From contig JAYZEG010000033.1 in the NCBI GenBank assembly GCA_036337435.1, positions 24,744-88,743 of the forward strand: a DNA stretch of 64,000 nt. Direction: 5' to 3'. Numbering within the stretch: position 1 is the first letter of the stretch; each line of letters begins with the position of its first letter. Origin of the DNA: Myxococcota bacterium (GTDB lineage: Bacteria > Myxococcota_A > Bradymonadia > UBA7976 > UBA1532). The notes beneath the pieces are model-generated. The model searched no databases. It was not told the origin of the DNA and was given only the letters and a program-made list of their open reading frames with translations. Positions 40,556-50,856 of this stretch are shown piece by piece. The translations under genes were made by a program, and so were the position numbers.

Positions 40556-41209
40556 TTAGACCACCCGAAAAAAAGTGTCTAGCAATGGAATAAACGAGTC
40601 GAATTCTGTCGTGATCAGACGTCGTATATGTTCACCGCGAGGCTGTCCATTCGCAATGGCAACCACAGACAAGTGTGCCGACGCTGCAGCCTGAATACCC
40701 GCATTGCTATCTTCAAACACCAAGCCGTCTCCTGGCTTCAAAGCCAATCGATCTAACGCCATTCGATAGCATTCAGGATCGGGTTTCGCTCGCCTGTACA
40801 TTCCCGCGGCCACGATGGTATCGACACAATCATGTAATGAGAAATGCTCTAACCATCGGCGAACAACATCAACACGGCTGCCCGTGACGATGGCTACGGC
40901 ACCAAGCTTTGATGCGAAGTTCAAAGCCTCTCGTGCACCGGGAATCGAGCGAGGCTCTTCCAACACTTTCTTCTGAAAAGCAGTGGCACAGACGTCTGCC
41001 AGCAGCGTGGGGTCAACCGCTCGGCTCTCACTGACTAACTCAGCGATTGCCTGCCAAGTCCAGCCACCCACATCTTTTTGATGCTCGACTTGGGCGAGAC
41101 CAAACTGTGTTAAAACCCTCTGAACGATGGGCCAAGTGAAGCATTCGCTGTCTGATAGCACGCCATCAAAGTCGAAGAGAAAGCCCTTATATATCGGTGG
41201 CCGATTCAC
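40556..41209 (-). CDS. HAD-family phosphatase (beta-PGM/CbbY-like)
   Basis: FDFDGVLSDS, AIVTGS, KPDPECY and FEDSNAGIQAA. The GTG at 41209 overlaps the MFS stop (GTGA). Confidence 0.88.
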   Translation of the reverse strand: MNRPPIYKGFLFDFDGVLSDSECFTWPIVQRVLTQFGLAQVEHQKDVGGWTWQAIAELVSESRAVDPTLLADVCATAFQKKVLEEPRSIPGAREALNFASKLGAVAIVTGSRVDVVRRWLEHFSLHDCVDTIVAAGMYRRAKPDPECYRMALDRLALKPGDGLVFEDSNAGIQAAASAHLSVVAIANGQPRGEHIRRLITTEFDSFIPLLDTFFRVV

Positions 41210-42498
41210 AAATCGAGGCCACGCCTGCGGGTATAAGCCCACAAGGCCGCACTGCCTATGAACGCTAAGCCAGCAATACCACAGAGAAGCACGAGAACAG
41301 CGTTTGTACCCGACGTATCCTTCAGGTAGGCGATGACAAATTCCTGCAAGATCGGGCCGGCCGAACCGAGGCCATTGATAATGGCCGAAGCAACAACCGC
41401 CTTCTCCTTAGTCGATATGTCCATGGCCGCAGTGCCTGACAACAGCGAGTCTGGCCCCATCATCGCAAAACCAAGCAGACCGAAGGTGGTAATAAACAAC
41501 CAGACATTTTGTGTCCCGTAGAGAGCCATGACCAAGGCGACGGCGAACATCAGGGCTGTCATGTAGAAGACAACCGGGAGACGCCTCGACTGAAAAAGTT
41601 TATCAGATGCATAACCACCCGCAATGACACCTAAAAAACCCACCCAATCAAAGACTGTACTCCAATGACCAGCCCTCGCGTTTGAATCGGGACCTTTGAA
41701 AAAATCTTTGAGGATTGTCGGCCCCCAGCTGTCCGCGGCATATCGCGTGAATTTAAAGCAAAAGTAGAGAAGCCCCATCATGAAAACAATGTGAACGACC
41801 TGATCCCAAGGACGGCCTGTTTCGCGACCTTTTCCGTCGATACTGACTTCTTCGATAAAGGGCGGCAAGCCGACCTCTTCTGGTTTTTCTTTGCCCCAGA
41901 AATAGAACAGAATCCAGACTCCAAATAGGATCAGACTCGCACCCCAGAATGACCAAGCGATGCCGAGCCAACCCAGGAGAAAGGCTGCTGAATGTTTTGC
42001 CAACATGCTGCCCAGCATGTAGCAGGTTCCCCACCAGCCCATCACGCGCCCCCGTTCCGTGGGCCGCGTCCAATGGGTGAGGATACCGACATTACCGGGC
42101 CAACCAGTCGCCTGGGCAAAACCATTGATGCCGAGGAAAACCACAAGCCAAATGAAAACGAGATCTGTTCCCATGGAACCGGCCGTTGTGACACCAATAA
42201 AGACATTCATCAGAATGGAGATGGCCATACCGCCGAGCAACATGCGCCGACAGGCGATTCTTTGACCAAGTTTAGACGATAGAAACTGACCCAGCATATA
42301 CGTGGTCAGATAGGTTCCCCAGCACCAGGCAAGATTCATATTGGTAAAGCCGAAATCTTCCACCAGGGTCGGCTTTACAATGCCAAAAGCCTTCCGACAA
42401 AAGTAAAACCCTGCGTACGACAGCCACGTGACGGTGAAAATACGGATGCGCCATACCGTCACCTTGCTGTCTTCTCTGTGTGCGTCTGATGTAGCCAA
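41206..42498 (-). CDS. MFS organophosphate:Pi antiporter (GlpT/UhpT/SLC37 family)
   Basis: TWLSYAGFYFCRK, NGFAQATGWPG, ERGRVMGWW, KFTRY and IINGLGSAG, with about 12 TM segments. Confidence 0.87.
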   Translation of the reverse strand: MATSDAHREDSKVTVWRIRIFTVTWLSYAGFYFCRKAFGIVKPTLVEDFGFTNMNLAWCWGTYLTTYMLGQFLSSKLGQRIACRRMLLGGMAISILMNVFIGVTTAGSMGTDLVFIWLVVFLGINGFAQATGWPGNVGILTHWTRPTERGRVMGWWGTCYMLGSMLAKHSAAFLLGWLGIAWSFWGASLILFGVWILFYFWGKEKPEEVGLPPFIEEVSIDGKGRETGRPWDQVVHIVFMMGLLYFCFKFTRYAADSWGPTILKDFFKGPDSNARAGHWSTVFDWVGFLGVIAGGYASDKLFQSRRLPVVFYMTALMFAVALVMALYGTQNVWLFITTFGLLGFAMMGPDSLLSGTAAMDISTKEKAVVASAIINGLGSAGPILQEFVIAYLKDTSGTNAVLVLLCGIAGLAFIGSAALWAYTRRRGLDL

Positions 42499-42626
42499 AT
42501 TCTTGCCCGAGTCACATCTGCTAAGCGTGGTGTGGGAAATAGCACAAACGCAGCCAGACTATTGAGAAAATTTTGCCAACGGTCTTGTGACACTTTATCG
42601 ACGTACGTCCACTCGACTCACCGTGG

Positions 42627-43388
42627 CTATGACCGAGCCTTGAGCTGACGAATGACACCTGGCGTCCAAACAAATGAAATGGATAAGTACAGCACAGGGA
42701 AGACGAGGCTACTCCAGTAAAGCCAGCTTGGGACAGTGGGGAAATAGATGACCATCAATGCGATCTGAATCGTCCAAATCAGACTACCAAGTTTAAAGAA
42801 ACCAGCCCATCGGACGGCCCGTGATGGGTAGATAAAGTAAACTGGAAGAATGCTCAGAAGGCAGAATACGCTGATAGCGACTGTGATGATCTGGCTCCCA
42901 GATGAGCCGACCACAACGTCGAATTGACGCAAGCTGATGTCTGTGAAAAAAACGCCGATATTCCAATAGGAGGGAAATCCACGAAAGAAGCCCAGTTCAA
43001 CTGATTTGGCACCCGAATGAACAAATGCAAACGCGCTGGACACAAGAATGAAGGCCGGCCACACCCATTTGGGGTCCACCAGCCATCCCGAATAGTAAAA
43101 AAACACAGCGGGAACAAACGTCCAATTGAGGTAGTCCACAATATTGTCAAGCAAGGCACCATCGATGTGAGGAAGAACCTCTTTGACTCGGCATGCTCGA
43201 GCAAGCATTCCGTCGGTTGCATCGACGATAACCGCGATCAGCATCCAAAAATAGGCGTCAGAAAATCGACCGCCAACAATGGCATCTAAGCTCAAAAAAG
43301 CCCAAACGACTCCCGATGCCGTAAATAGATGAACCGCCCAAGCACAACAAATCGACGCCACACCATGATCAACATCTTGTTGGTTCAA
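42627..43388 (-). CDS. pcs: Phosphatidylcholine synthase (CDP-alcohol phosphotransferase)
   Basis: AWAVHLFTASG, DATDGMLAR..VKEVLP..DGALLDNIVDYL and FRGFPSYWN. Confidence 0.85.
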   Translation of the reverse strand: MNQQDVDHGVASICCAWAVHLFTASGVVWAFLSLDAIVGGRFSDAYFWMLIAVIVDATDGMLARACRVKEVLPHIDGALLDNIVDYLNWTFVPAVFFYYSGWLVDPKWVWPAFILVSSAFAFVHSGAKSVELGFFRGFPSYWNIGVFFTDISLRQFDVVVGSSGSQIITVAISVFCLLSILPVYFIYPSRAVRWAGFFKLGSLIWTIQIALMVIYFPTVPSWLYWSSLVFPVLYLSISFVWTPGVIRQLKARS

Positions 43389-43446
43389 TCATCCCCCCAT
43401 CGTGCGACCCGAAACACCCACTTGGGCTAGCACGCATCGACTGGAT

Positions 43447-44586
43447 TTATCGGGTAAAAATCTCTTTGGCGATAATTAACCGTTGGATCTGGCTTGTGCC
43501 TTCATAGATCTGAAAAATCTTCGAGTCGCGCAGTAGCTTCTCAACGGGGTATTCGGTATTGAACCCATTGCCACCAAATACCTGGACCGCATCACTTGCG
43601 ACACGATGGGCCGTATCAGCTGCGAAACACTTTGCCATCGAGGCTAGTTTGGTATTCCGACGCCCGTTATCGATGGCCCAAGCGGATTGCCAAACCAAGA
43701 GCCGTGCCGCCTCGATGTCCTTCGCCATGTCGGCGATCATGAAGCTGACAGCTTGATGTGCATATAAGGGCTTGCCCATAGACTTCCTGTCTCTCGCGTA
43801 AACGCACGCATGTTCAAAGGCAGCCTTAGCAAGGCCCACAGCCCCCGATGCCACCAGCGGTCGGGTGACATCGAATGCTTTCATCGCAATTTTGAACCCA
43901 TACCCTTCGTCACCAAGTCGGTTCTCTACAGGGACCTCAACATTCTCGAAGCGAATGCCACGGGTATCGCTGGCTCGCTGGCCCATGTTGATCTCTTTGC
44001 GACCCAGAGTAATTCCCGGCGAGTCAGCATCAACGATAAAACCCGTCATGCCAGCATGCCTGCTTTCTAGGTCAGTCTTGGCTAAAACGAAAAACCAATT
44101 GGCCTGGCCCGCATTGGTAATCCACATCTTTTCGCCGTTAATGATGTACTTGTCACCTTTGCGTACAGCGGTTGTCTTAATGGCTGCGACATCGCTCCCA
44201 GCGTTAGGCTCTGTTACGCCGTATGCAGCAAAGAGAAACTCATCATTCATTCTTCCGAGATATTTCTTCTTCTGCGCTTCACTTCCGGCAACGATAACGG
44301 GTGCTTCAGCGAGAGTATTGGCTTCGATTGCAGTGGACACCCCGGTGCAACCCCAAGCCGTCTCTTCTCCCATGAGAACGCCGTCAACGACACCCAGCCC
44401 CATGCCCCCATAGGCTTCTGGGATATGAGTATTCATGAGTCCAAGTTCCCATGCTTTCTTCAGAACGCCTGATGGAAACTCACCGGTGTGATCATGATGG
44501 GCCGATACCGGCCTGATCTCATTTCTGGCAAATTCACGGGCAAGGTCTCTCAGTTGCTCTTGTTCTTGGGATAAAGAAAAATCCAT
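43447..44586 (-). CDS. Acyl-CoA dehydrogenase (MCAD-like)
   Basis: [29 protein letters not shown] and [14 protein letters not shown]. Confidence 0.93.
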   Translation of the reverse strand: MDFSLSQEQEQLRDLAREFARNEIRPVSAHHDHTGEFPSGVLKKAWELGLMNTHIPEAYGGMGLGVVDGVLMGEETAWGCTGVSTAIEANTLAEAPVIVAGSEAQKKKYLGRMNDEFLFAAYGVTEPNAGSDVAAIKTTAVRKGDKYIINGEKMWITNAGQANWFFVLAKTDLESRHAGMTGFIVDADSPGITLGRKEINMGQRASDTRGIRFENVEVPVENRLGDEGYGFKIAMKAFDVTRPLVASGAVGLAKAAFEHACVYARDRKSMGKPLYAHQAVSFMIADMAKDIEAARLLVWQSAWAIDNGRRNTKLASMAKCFAADTAHRVASDAVQVFGGNGFNTEYPVEKLLRDSKIFQIYEGTSQIQRLIIAKEIFTR

Positions 44587-44622
44587 CGTTCAGACTCCAA
44601 TAAAACGCATATCCTGCCGGTC

Positions 44623-44651
44623 AGTGTAGCCACTCACGCCCACAGTCTCAA
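44623..44651 (-). promoter_or_regulatory. Putative sigma70-type promoter of the acyl-CoA dehydrogenase
   Basis: Minus strand TTGAGA-17 nt-TACACT. Confidence 0.55.
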
Positions 44652-44662
44652 TTCAGATGATC

Positions 44663-44686
44663 AAAGTCGGCACAGACACCGACTTT
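44663..44686 (-). terminator. Hairpin downstream of the Cys-rich lipoprotein gene
   Basis: AAAGTCGG-8 nt-CCGACTTT inverted repeat, 28 nt after the stop. Confidence 0.4.
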
Positions 44687-44714
44687 AGCGGGGGCACCGA
44701 AAGGGTTGAATGCA

Positions 44715-46274
44715 TCAAAAACCGGGTGGCACGCAGACGCGTACTAAGCTTCCTTCATCATTGGGTCTTGGTAAACAGGTCTGCCCTTGAAGGCAATCAG
44801 GCGTGCGGCAACATGGCCCACGACAGACTCTCTCAACACATTGACCGCTCTGACAGTCGACATCATCTAAGCAATTCATCCCATTCGGTACTACTCCCGG
44901 GGCAATGGGTACGCACGCTGAGACAATGGTCCCGCCCAGACCTACCACTTGGCCACAGGTTGTGGTCACTGGACAATCAGCTGCAGTGCAGCATAGGTCT
45001 GCACACTGTCCGGGCGCGCCGCCGATGGGCACAGGAACGCAAACGCCGCTCAAACAATCGAATTCACTCGCGCACCCTTGGCCTGTTCGGCCAAAACCGA
45101 TGGGCACCGCATCACAAATGGTCCGTGCCTGTTGTCCCACTTGTCGAAAGGCACAGGTCTGACCGCCACAATCGTTGCTCGTGCAGCAAAGCCCGAGACA
45201 TTGGTCCCGCCCCAGATCGCAAAGCCCACTTTGGCAGCCCCTGGCACCGGGACCGCAGGCCTGCCCACGAACGGCATCAAAGCGATATCCAGGTGGATAG
45301 ATTCGACTGGGCAAACACACCTGAATGCCCATCGTATCTCGACAACCAAATCCCAGTGGACAATCAAACTCGCTACAACACGGTTTTGCGCAGACGACGT
45401 GATTTTGGTTCTCGACGGTCACGTCCAAACAAAGCCCGCTCATACAGTCTGCAGCTCGTTGACACCCGTCACCCAGTGCCCCGTCTCCTGGAACATCTAT
45501 ACATTGACCTGTGTCCTGGTCACACGCGAGGCCACCCTCGCAACCATCGAAATTACAATCAAAACCGGGTCGACAGCGGTTCGTCTGGGGATCGCATTCG
45601 AATGCGTCAGGACAGGACGAAGCAACGCAATCAGGCGGCAGTGAAACACAGCGTCGATCAGTACGTCGGCACCCATAGCTGGCTGGACAAGGCCGGTTGA
45701 GGCAGTCGTTTTGCAAGGGTCTACACGTGCCAGTGTCCGAATCACAGTAGCGCCCGTTCCCGCACCCATTGGGTTCGCAGTCTCCGGCATCCGAATCAGC
45801 GCAGACACCGGTGTCTAGCTGGCAAATCTCTCTCGGTCCACACCCTGATATACGACAATGTTGAATGCATGCGCCATTCATGCACACCTCGGCTTCATTC
45901 AGGCAATCATCGTCACCAGCACACATCCCAGACTGGGTATCAGAATCGACAACAGCGGCATCAGCACGTTGCCCAACCGCGGGACGACATTGCCCGCTTA
46001 CGCACCTCTCTGAGAGACAATCTCTATTCTCACGGCATTGAAAGATGCATCGACCCGCATCACTACAAAACAGCTGAGGAATGCAATCGCTATTGAGGCG
46101 ACATGGCGACCCTGTCGCATCGGTCCGACCCGCTTGCGTGGCATCGACGAGCAGCTGTCGGTCACCGGCATCGCCCATCTTACCCCGTGCACTGTCATCG
46201 TCACAGCCCAATGCATAACCGACAACAATAAGACACCAAGCAACCTTGGGACCCTGATTCAAAAAACGGTTCAT
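44715..46274 (-). CDS. Cys-rich repeat lipoprotein
   Basis: Lipobox YALGC, then many C...C..G..C....G.C repeats and G.GC....DC.SG.C units. The ATG at 46274 overlaps the upstream TAA. Confidence 0.8.
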   Translation of the reverse strand: MNRFLNQGPKVAWCLIVVGYALGCDDDSARGKMGDAGDRQLLVDATQAGRTDATGSPCRLNSDCIPQLFCSDAGRCIFQCRENRDCLSERCVSGQCRPAVGQRADAAVVDSDTQSGMCAGDDDCLNEAEVCMNGACIQHCRISGCGPREICQLDTGVCADSDAGDCEPNGCGNGRYCDSDTGTCRPLQNDCLNRPCPASYGCRRTDRRCVSLPPDCVASSCPDAFECDPQTNRCRPGFDCNFDGCEGGLACDQDTGQCIDVPGDGALGDGCQRAADCMSGLCLDVTVENQNHVVCAKPCCSEFDCPLGFGCRDTMGIQVCLPSRIYPPGYRFDAVRGQACGPGARGCQSGLCDLGRDQCLGLCCTSNDCGGQTCAFRQVGQQARTICDAVPIGFGRTGQGCASEFDCLSGVCVPVPIGGAPGQCADLCCTAADCPVTTTCGQVVGLGGTIVSACVPIAPGVVPNGMNCLDDVDCQSGQCVERVCRGPCCRTPDCLQGQTCLPRPNDEGSLVRVCVPPGF

Positions 46275-47173
46275 TATGGAGCGTCTGGCTTTGATGTCAG
46301 GTTCTCCCATGTCATCGAAATCATACTGCCAAAATAGAATTCGCCAGTGCGGTAAACATCCTCGAAATAGCGTGCGAAGAGGAAAAGCGCGGTCAACCGG
46401 CGTTCAGGTAACCAGCCAGGCCGATAGCCCACAACGCCTCCGGCGATGTGTCTTCGAATGCCAGTCTTCTCCACCCAATAGCCCTGCCACAACCCACCGA
46501 GTAAAAGGTGCTGCACCGAGAACGGTGAACCCGATGCGTACCAACCCAATAGGGAATCGACTCGATGAACTTGTTCGTTACGAGCAAGGAGAAGGTCATC
46601 GCTGGATTCATACCAACTTCCCCCAAGCCCAATATCGGCTTGATACAGTCCGAATGTATACTGGGTCATCATCGCAACCCCTCGATAGAAAATGCGGAAC
46701 TGAGCCTGAGCTTGGGCCCGGATGGCTGTTTCATGACGTCCGTTGGTCATGGACTCTTGCCTGATCTCATCGCGCCAATCTGGCTCGAGACTATCGTACT
46801 CACTCAGATTGCCAAAGAGCCCAAAGTAGCGAAGTTGCTGCACCCGCAGACGCAGCACTAATGGCGCGATGGGGACAACTGTGACGTACATACCAGGATG
46901 AAACGAGGCCGGGCTAACAGCCCCTAAAAAGCCTGTCTCGATGTGGGTTCCCTTCAGAACTAAGTGATCTGAATCAGACAAGGAAATCCGATAACCCAAA
47001 GCGGGTCGTAGTGCCAATCCGATGGGATTGATTCGGGAGGCCAGTTTCAAATCCAGGCGCCAATTACCAGGCCCGTCTTGGATACTCTGAGCCTCTCCAG
47101 TGACGGGCAGCAGCGCAAACACGCAGGTGAGAATGAAAATGGTGGACGATCGCAATTCAATAACCCGCATCAT
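46274..47173 (-). CDS. Exported protein, probable outer-membrane beta-barrel
   Basis: Signal peptide (IFILTCVFALLPVTGEA), then alternating hydrophobic, Gly/aromatic-rich beta-strand patterns. The ATG at 47173 is preferred. Confidence 0.55.
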   Translation of the reverse strand: MMRVIELRSSTIFILTCVFALLPVTGEAQSIQDGPGNWRLDLKLASRINPIGLALRPALGYRISLSDSDHLVLKGTHIETGFLGAVSPASFHPGMYVTVVPIAPLVLRLRVQQLRYFGLFGNLSEYDSLEPDWRDEIRQESMTNGRHETAIRAQAQAQFRIFYRGVAMMTQYTFGLYQADIGLGGSWYESSDDLLLARNEQVHRVDSLLGWYASGSPFSVQHLLLGGLWQGYWVEKTGIRRHIAGGVVGYRPGWLPERRLTALFLFARYFEDVYRTGEFYFGSMISMTWENLTSKPDAP

Positions 47174-47365
47174 GTGAGTGTGCCGCCCTATTGTGGCATG
47201 TCTTGCAGTCACGCTGGTAGGCTCATTGTTCAATTGTCGGAAAATTTGAGTCCACATCGGCTGTTCGAAAAGCATCCAAGGTCTTTGAGTTGGTGTCGAT
47301 TGCTATGGATCTCTCGGACGTAACGGGTCACACTCTTGATTAGATTGGGTGGGCTAGGGTTCTCG

Positions 47366-49240
47366 ATGGCAAAAGAAGTGTTGGTCGCGCGTCGCTATAC
47401 GTTGCTGGACAGAATCGGTGTCGGCGGTATGGGAGAAGTTTGGCGAACCCACGATCAGCTCACGGGACAAACCCTCGCCATCAAAATTCTCAGACCACCC
47501 ATTGCAGCAGCCCCTGCCGCTGAACTCCGATTCCAACGAGAAATTAGAGCCATGGCGCGGCTTCATCATCCACGTATCGTACCCGTGGTCGATGCCGGAA
47601 CTGACCCCGATGTGGGTCTGTTCTTTGTCATGGAACTCCAAAGCGGACGTCCACTTCATGAAGCTGCCGTCAAATGGCACGGTTGGAATGATATTTGGCC
47701 CGTCCTAGACCAGATATTGGAAACCCTCGCTCACGCACATTCGCACTCGGTCATTCACAGAGATATCAAACCAGATAACATTTTGGTTGATGAATTGGGT
47801 GAAGCTGTCCTGCTCGATTTCGGCGTCGCACGGCTGCGGGACCGCGCGCGGAGCGGCACCTCTGCTTATGATTTACTCGGGACTGTCGACTACGCGGCAC
47901 CAGAGCAAGCCACCGGCAATCGACGCCGAATCGGCCCTTGGACCGACCTATACTGCTTCGCCATTGTACTCTATGAAATCATCTGTGGACGGGTTCCATT
48001 CTGGGCCTCCAGCCCAGTTCAATCGCTGATTATCCGTCTGGACTCTGGCTGTCCGTCCCTCGAACCAAGGCCTGGATTCACCACCCCCGTGGGTTTGTGG
48101 GAGGTTCTAGACCGAATGTTACAGCCCGAACCATTCGCGCGCTTTCGAACCGCGGCAGAAGCGAGGGCCGCTTTGGCCAGCCTAATGGACCAACCCTTGG
48201 AAGTGTTGACCCCAGAAATTGACGGGGTGCCGACGGGCAGTCATGAAGTGGTCCATCGTGAGCAAGTCACCGACGATGAAGCGGCCGTACTGTTCGAGCA
48301 TAGGAAATCACTCCTGACATCGACCTTCGAAGGCAGTCTAGGAACTCGACCTCCCGAGGCGCCATTGCGCACATCGACATTGGTTGGTCGAGATGAACTC
48401 CTGCTCAGCTTATCGCGCGGTCTCGATCATTGGATCAGCGAACCATCACCGGGGATCCTGGTTCTCACAGGCGCAAAAGGCAGTGGCAAAACGCGACTCC
48501 TGACGGAACTGCTCAGTCCATTTTTGGCCCAAGGAGAAATTGAAGCCCACCAGCATCAGTGGCGCTACGGACCCAGTATTCGCTCGACCATGACAAGCAT
48601 ATCTGGCGGCATCGGCATGCAAGCAGAAGCATTGCAAGAGCACCTGGAGTGGTTCTTAGATGGACATGGCACCTCAATGGAAGAAAAAGCACAACTCGTT
48701 GAATGGCTGATGGAGGATGACCGAGGCAAAAGCAACCAACGGGATATGGCCTGTATTGAAATGTTCATTAGAGCCTGCTGTGACCAGAGACCGTTTGTCC
48801 TTGCAATCGATGGCGTGGACACCATTGATGACCAAATCTTAGCCATCATCAAATCAATTAGAAATGCTAAGCTACCCGTTATTGTTGTTCTCGCGGGAAG
48901 CAACCCTAAGGTGCTCGCCGGTGACCGAATGCCGAGTTGGTTAGCCAGTGCAAGACGGGCATTGGAGCCATTAAATGCGGAAGAGTTGGGCCGAATTGCA
49001 GACGAGTTGATCAAACTTGAGACCGATGAAAAAAATCGAATCGTAAGTCTCGCAAATGGCAATCCGAAGCGTTTATTCGAGCTCATTTATGAGCTCCGTC
49101 GGCACGGTGATGTCATCCCGGCGAGTCCGCGATGGTTAATGGCACCCGAAGGGTGGGTGCCCATCGACGCAGCCGCCTCCGGAATGTATTCAATGAGTGG
49201 AATCGACCTCTCCATCGCGATCGACGAAGACATGTATTGA
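47366..49240 (+). CDS. Ser/Thr protein kinase fused to a P-loop ATPase domain
   Basis: IGVGGMG, AIK, HRDIKPDN, DFG and APE. LVGRDE and Walker A GAKGSGKT. Confidence 0.9.
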   Translation: MAKEVLVARRYTLLDRIGVGGMGEVWRTHDQLTGQTLAIKILRPPIAAAPAAELRFQREIRAMARLHHPRIVPVVDAGTDPDVGLFFVMELQSGRPLHEAAVKWHGWNDIWPVLDQILETLAHAHSHSVIHRDIKPDNILVDELGEAVLLDFGVARLRDRARSGTSAYDLLGTVDYAAPEQATGNRRRIGPWTDLYCFAIVLYEIICGRVPFWASSPVQSLIIRLDSGCPSLEPRPGFTTPVGLWEVLDRMLQPEPFARFRTAAEARAALASLMDQPLEVLTPEIDGVPTGSHEVVHREQVTDDEAAVLFEHRKSLLTSTFEGSLGTRPPEAPLRTSTLVGRDELLLSLSRGLDHWISEPSPGILVLTGAKGSGKTRLLTELLSPFLAQGEIEAHQHQWRYGPSIRSTMTSISGGIGMQAEALQEHLEWFLDGHGTSMEEKAQLVEWLMEDDRGKSNQRDMACIEMFIRACCDQRPFVLAIDGVDTIDDQILAIIKSIRNAKLPVIVVLAGSNPKVLAGDRMPSWLASARRALEPLNAEELGRIADELIKLETDEKNRIVSLANGNPKRLFELIYELRRHGDVIPASPRWLMAPEGWVPIDAAASGMYSMSGIDLSIAIDEDMY

Positions 49241-49743
49241 GTGGCCTGTCTCAGTCCCCTTCCATCCGACTCGAAATCACGACGTTTCGAGACGGACCTT
49301 TGGCCGCTTTAGGCCATAATTTACGTCTGTCGGCCACAGTGGTTCCAGTCAACGTATCGCAAGGGAGCATCCGCGTAGACATCGACTGCCAGTCCATCGG
49401 AGTGCTCGGAGCTGTCAGCGACCAAGCGTCGGACCTCAAGCCATTACCCAGAAAACACCGCCGCGAGATTCTGAAAATTATTCGTGAACGAGTCCTGAGA
49501 ACTGAGTTACATCCAAAGGCATCTTTCGAAGGCCAAATTGAAGGTTCATGGATCATTGGTCAGCTGAGATTGCTGGGACGACAGCAAGCGGTTAAACTTG
49601 AAGTCAGCCATAGCCAAAGCGGTTGGCATGGCCAAGGAAGACTAAAACCGAGCCGATGGGGAATTGAGCCATACTCTACATTTTTTGGTGCGCTGCGCGT
49701 CCGCGATGACGTGCTGATAGAGTGCTGGGTTGGAGATGAATAA
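49237..49743 (+). CDS. YceI-like domain protein
   Basis: TFRDGPLAALGHNL, VL....HP...F, G.L.L.G and SRWGIEPYSTFFGALRVRDDV. The TTG overlaps the kinase stop. Confidence 0.65.
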   Translation: MSGLSQSPSIRLEITTFRDGPLAALGHNLRLSATVVPVNVSQGSIRVDIDCQSIGVLGAVSDQASDLKPLPRKHRREILKIIRERVLRTELHPKASFEGQIEGSWIIGQLRLLGRQQAVKLEVSHSQSGWHGQGRLKPSRWGIEPYSTFFGALRVRDDVLIECWVGDE

Positions 49744-49746
49744 ATC

Positions 49747-50856
49747 ATGACACTCGACGAGTTGACCTGTGTTCTAAAGCCTGCCGGCGGTGGCATTCAC
49801 GTTGTGAGCACGGGGGTCGATGAACTTTTGGCTTTGCAAACACAGCTGTATCGTTGTCGGACGAAAGATGACGTGGATGCCCTCTGGAGAGCGTCACTGG
49901 AGCGGTTGGATCATGCTAAGAGCACGATCCTCGGGGTGCCATCGGATGCTGGTGCTGGCTTTACCCGCGGCTCAAATCGAGCACCCGGTGCGATTCGCCG
50001 TCACTTGATGACCAACGATGGTCATCCGATTTGGGATAAACGCGTACTCGATATGGGAGACGTTTTAACCGTACCCCAACTCTTAAGCGAGGAAATGGTC
50101 TCGGTGCCGCAACGAACTCGAACCGAACATGCCCTCTATGGCAGCAGTCAGTCATCAAAGGCCCGCGTGGTCAGTCCATTAGGTATTTGCCGAGGCGCTT
50201 TGGATTATGCCTATCGGGAAAACCCGGCCATCGTCCCGATTGTCATCGGCGGAGACCACAGCATAGGCTGGCCAGCATTCGCGGCCGCATTCGATCACTG
50301 GGAGACAAAACTTGGTCGTCGCATCGGTCTCTTACATTTCGATGCGCACACGGATCTGCTGAGTGAACGCCTCGGTATCAAATACTGTTTCGCAACCTGG
50401 GCATACCATGCCAATGAAAAACTGGGACGCGATGGGCGGCTTGTGCAGGTCGGGATTCGGACGAGCGGCCGGACCAAATCTCACTGGGAGACGACCTTGG
50501 GCGTCCGACAAGTTTGGGCCGCTGAAGCCGCGGCAAAAGGCCCGCAAAAACTCATCGATGAAATCGCAACGCATTTTCATCGACTGGGCGTCGATGCCTT
50601 GTATGTCAGCAACGATATCGATGGAACGGACCCAGCCTATGCTGCAGCAACAGGCACGCCCGAACCGGGTGGGCTCACCCCCGATTTGGTCTCAGCCCTC
50701 ACTCACGGTCTCGGTCAGAGATTTCCGCTCGTTGGAGGTGATCTTGTCGAAGTCGCGCCACCACTCGCCGGTCATGTACCCGGCGAACCTAAACGGACGT
50801 TGGACACGGCAGGGCGTTACCTTGGTGATTTACTGGACCTGGTGCTGACGACATGA
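49747..50856 (+). CDS. Ureohydrolase (agmatinase/arginase family)
   Basis: GGDHS, HFDAHTD, QVGIR and SNDIDGTDP..A.ATGTPEPGG. The Mn ligands are intact. Confidence 0.88.
   Translation: MTLDELTCVLKPAGGGIHVVSTGVDELLALQTQLYRCRTKDDVDALWRASLERLDHAKSTILGVPSDAGAGFTRGSNRAPGAIRRHLMTNDGHPIWDKRVLDMGDVLTVPQLLSEEMVSVPQRTRTEHALYGSSQSSKARVVSPLGICRGALDYAYRENPAIVPIVIGGDHSIGWPAFAAAFDHWETKLGRRIGLLHFDAHTDLLSERLGIKYCFATWAYHANEKLGRDGRLVQVGIRTSGRTKSHWETTLGVRQVWAAEAAAKGPQKLIDEIATHFHRLGVDALYVSNDIDGTDPAYAAATGTPEPGGLTPDLVSALTHGLGQRFPLVGGDLVEVAPPLAGHVPGEPKRTLDTAGRYLGDLLDLVLTT

Noticed and set aside
44657..45700. 347-aa plus-strand ORF
   Set aside because: An antisense shadow of the Cys-rich lipoprotein, explained by codon bias.
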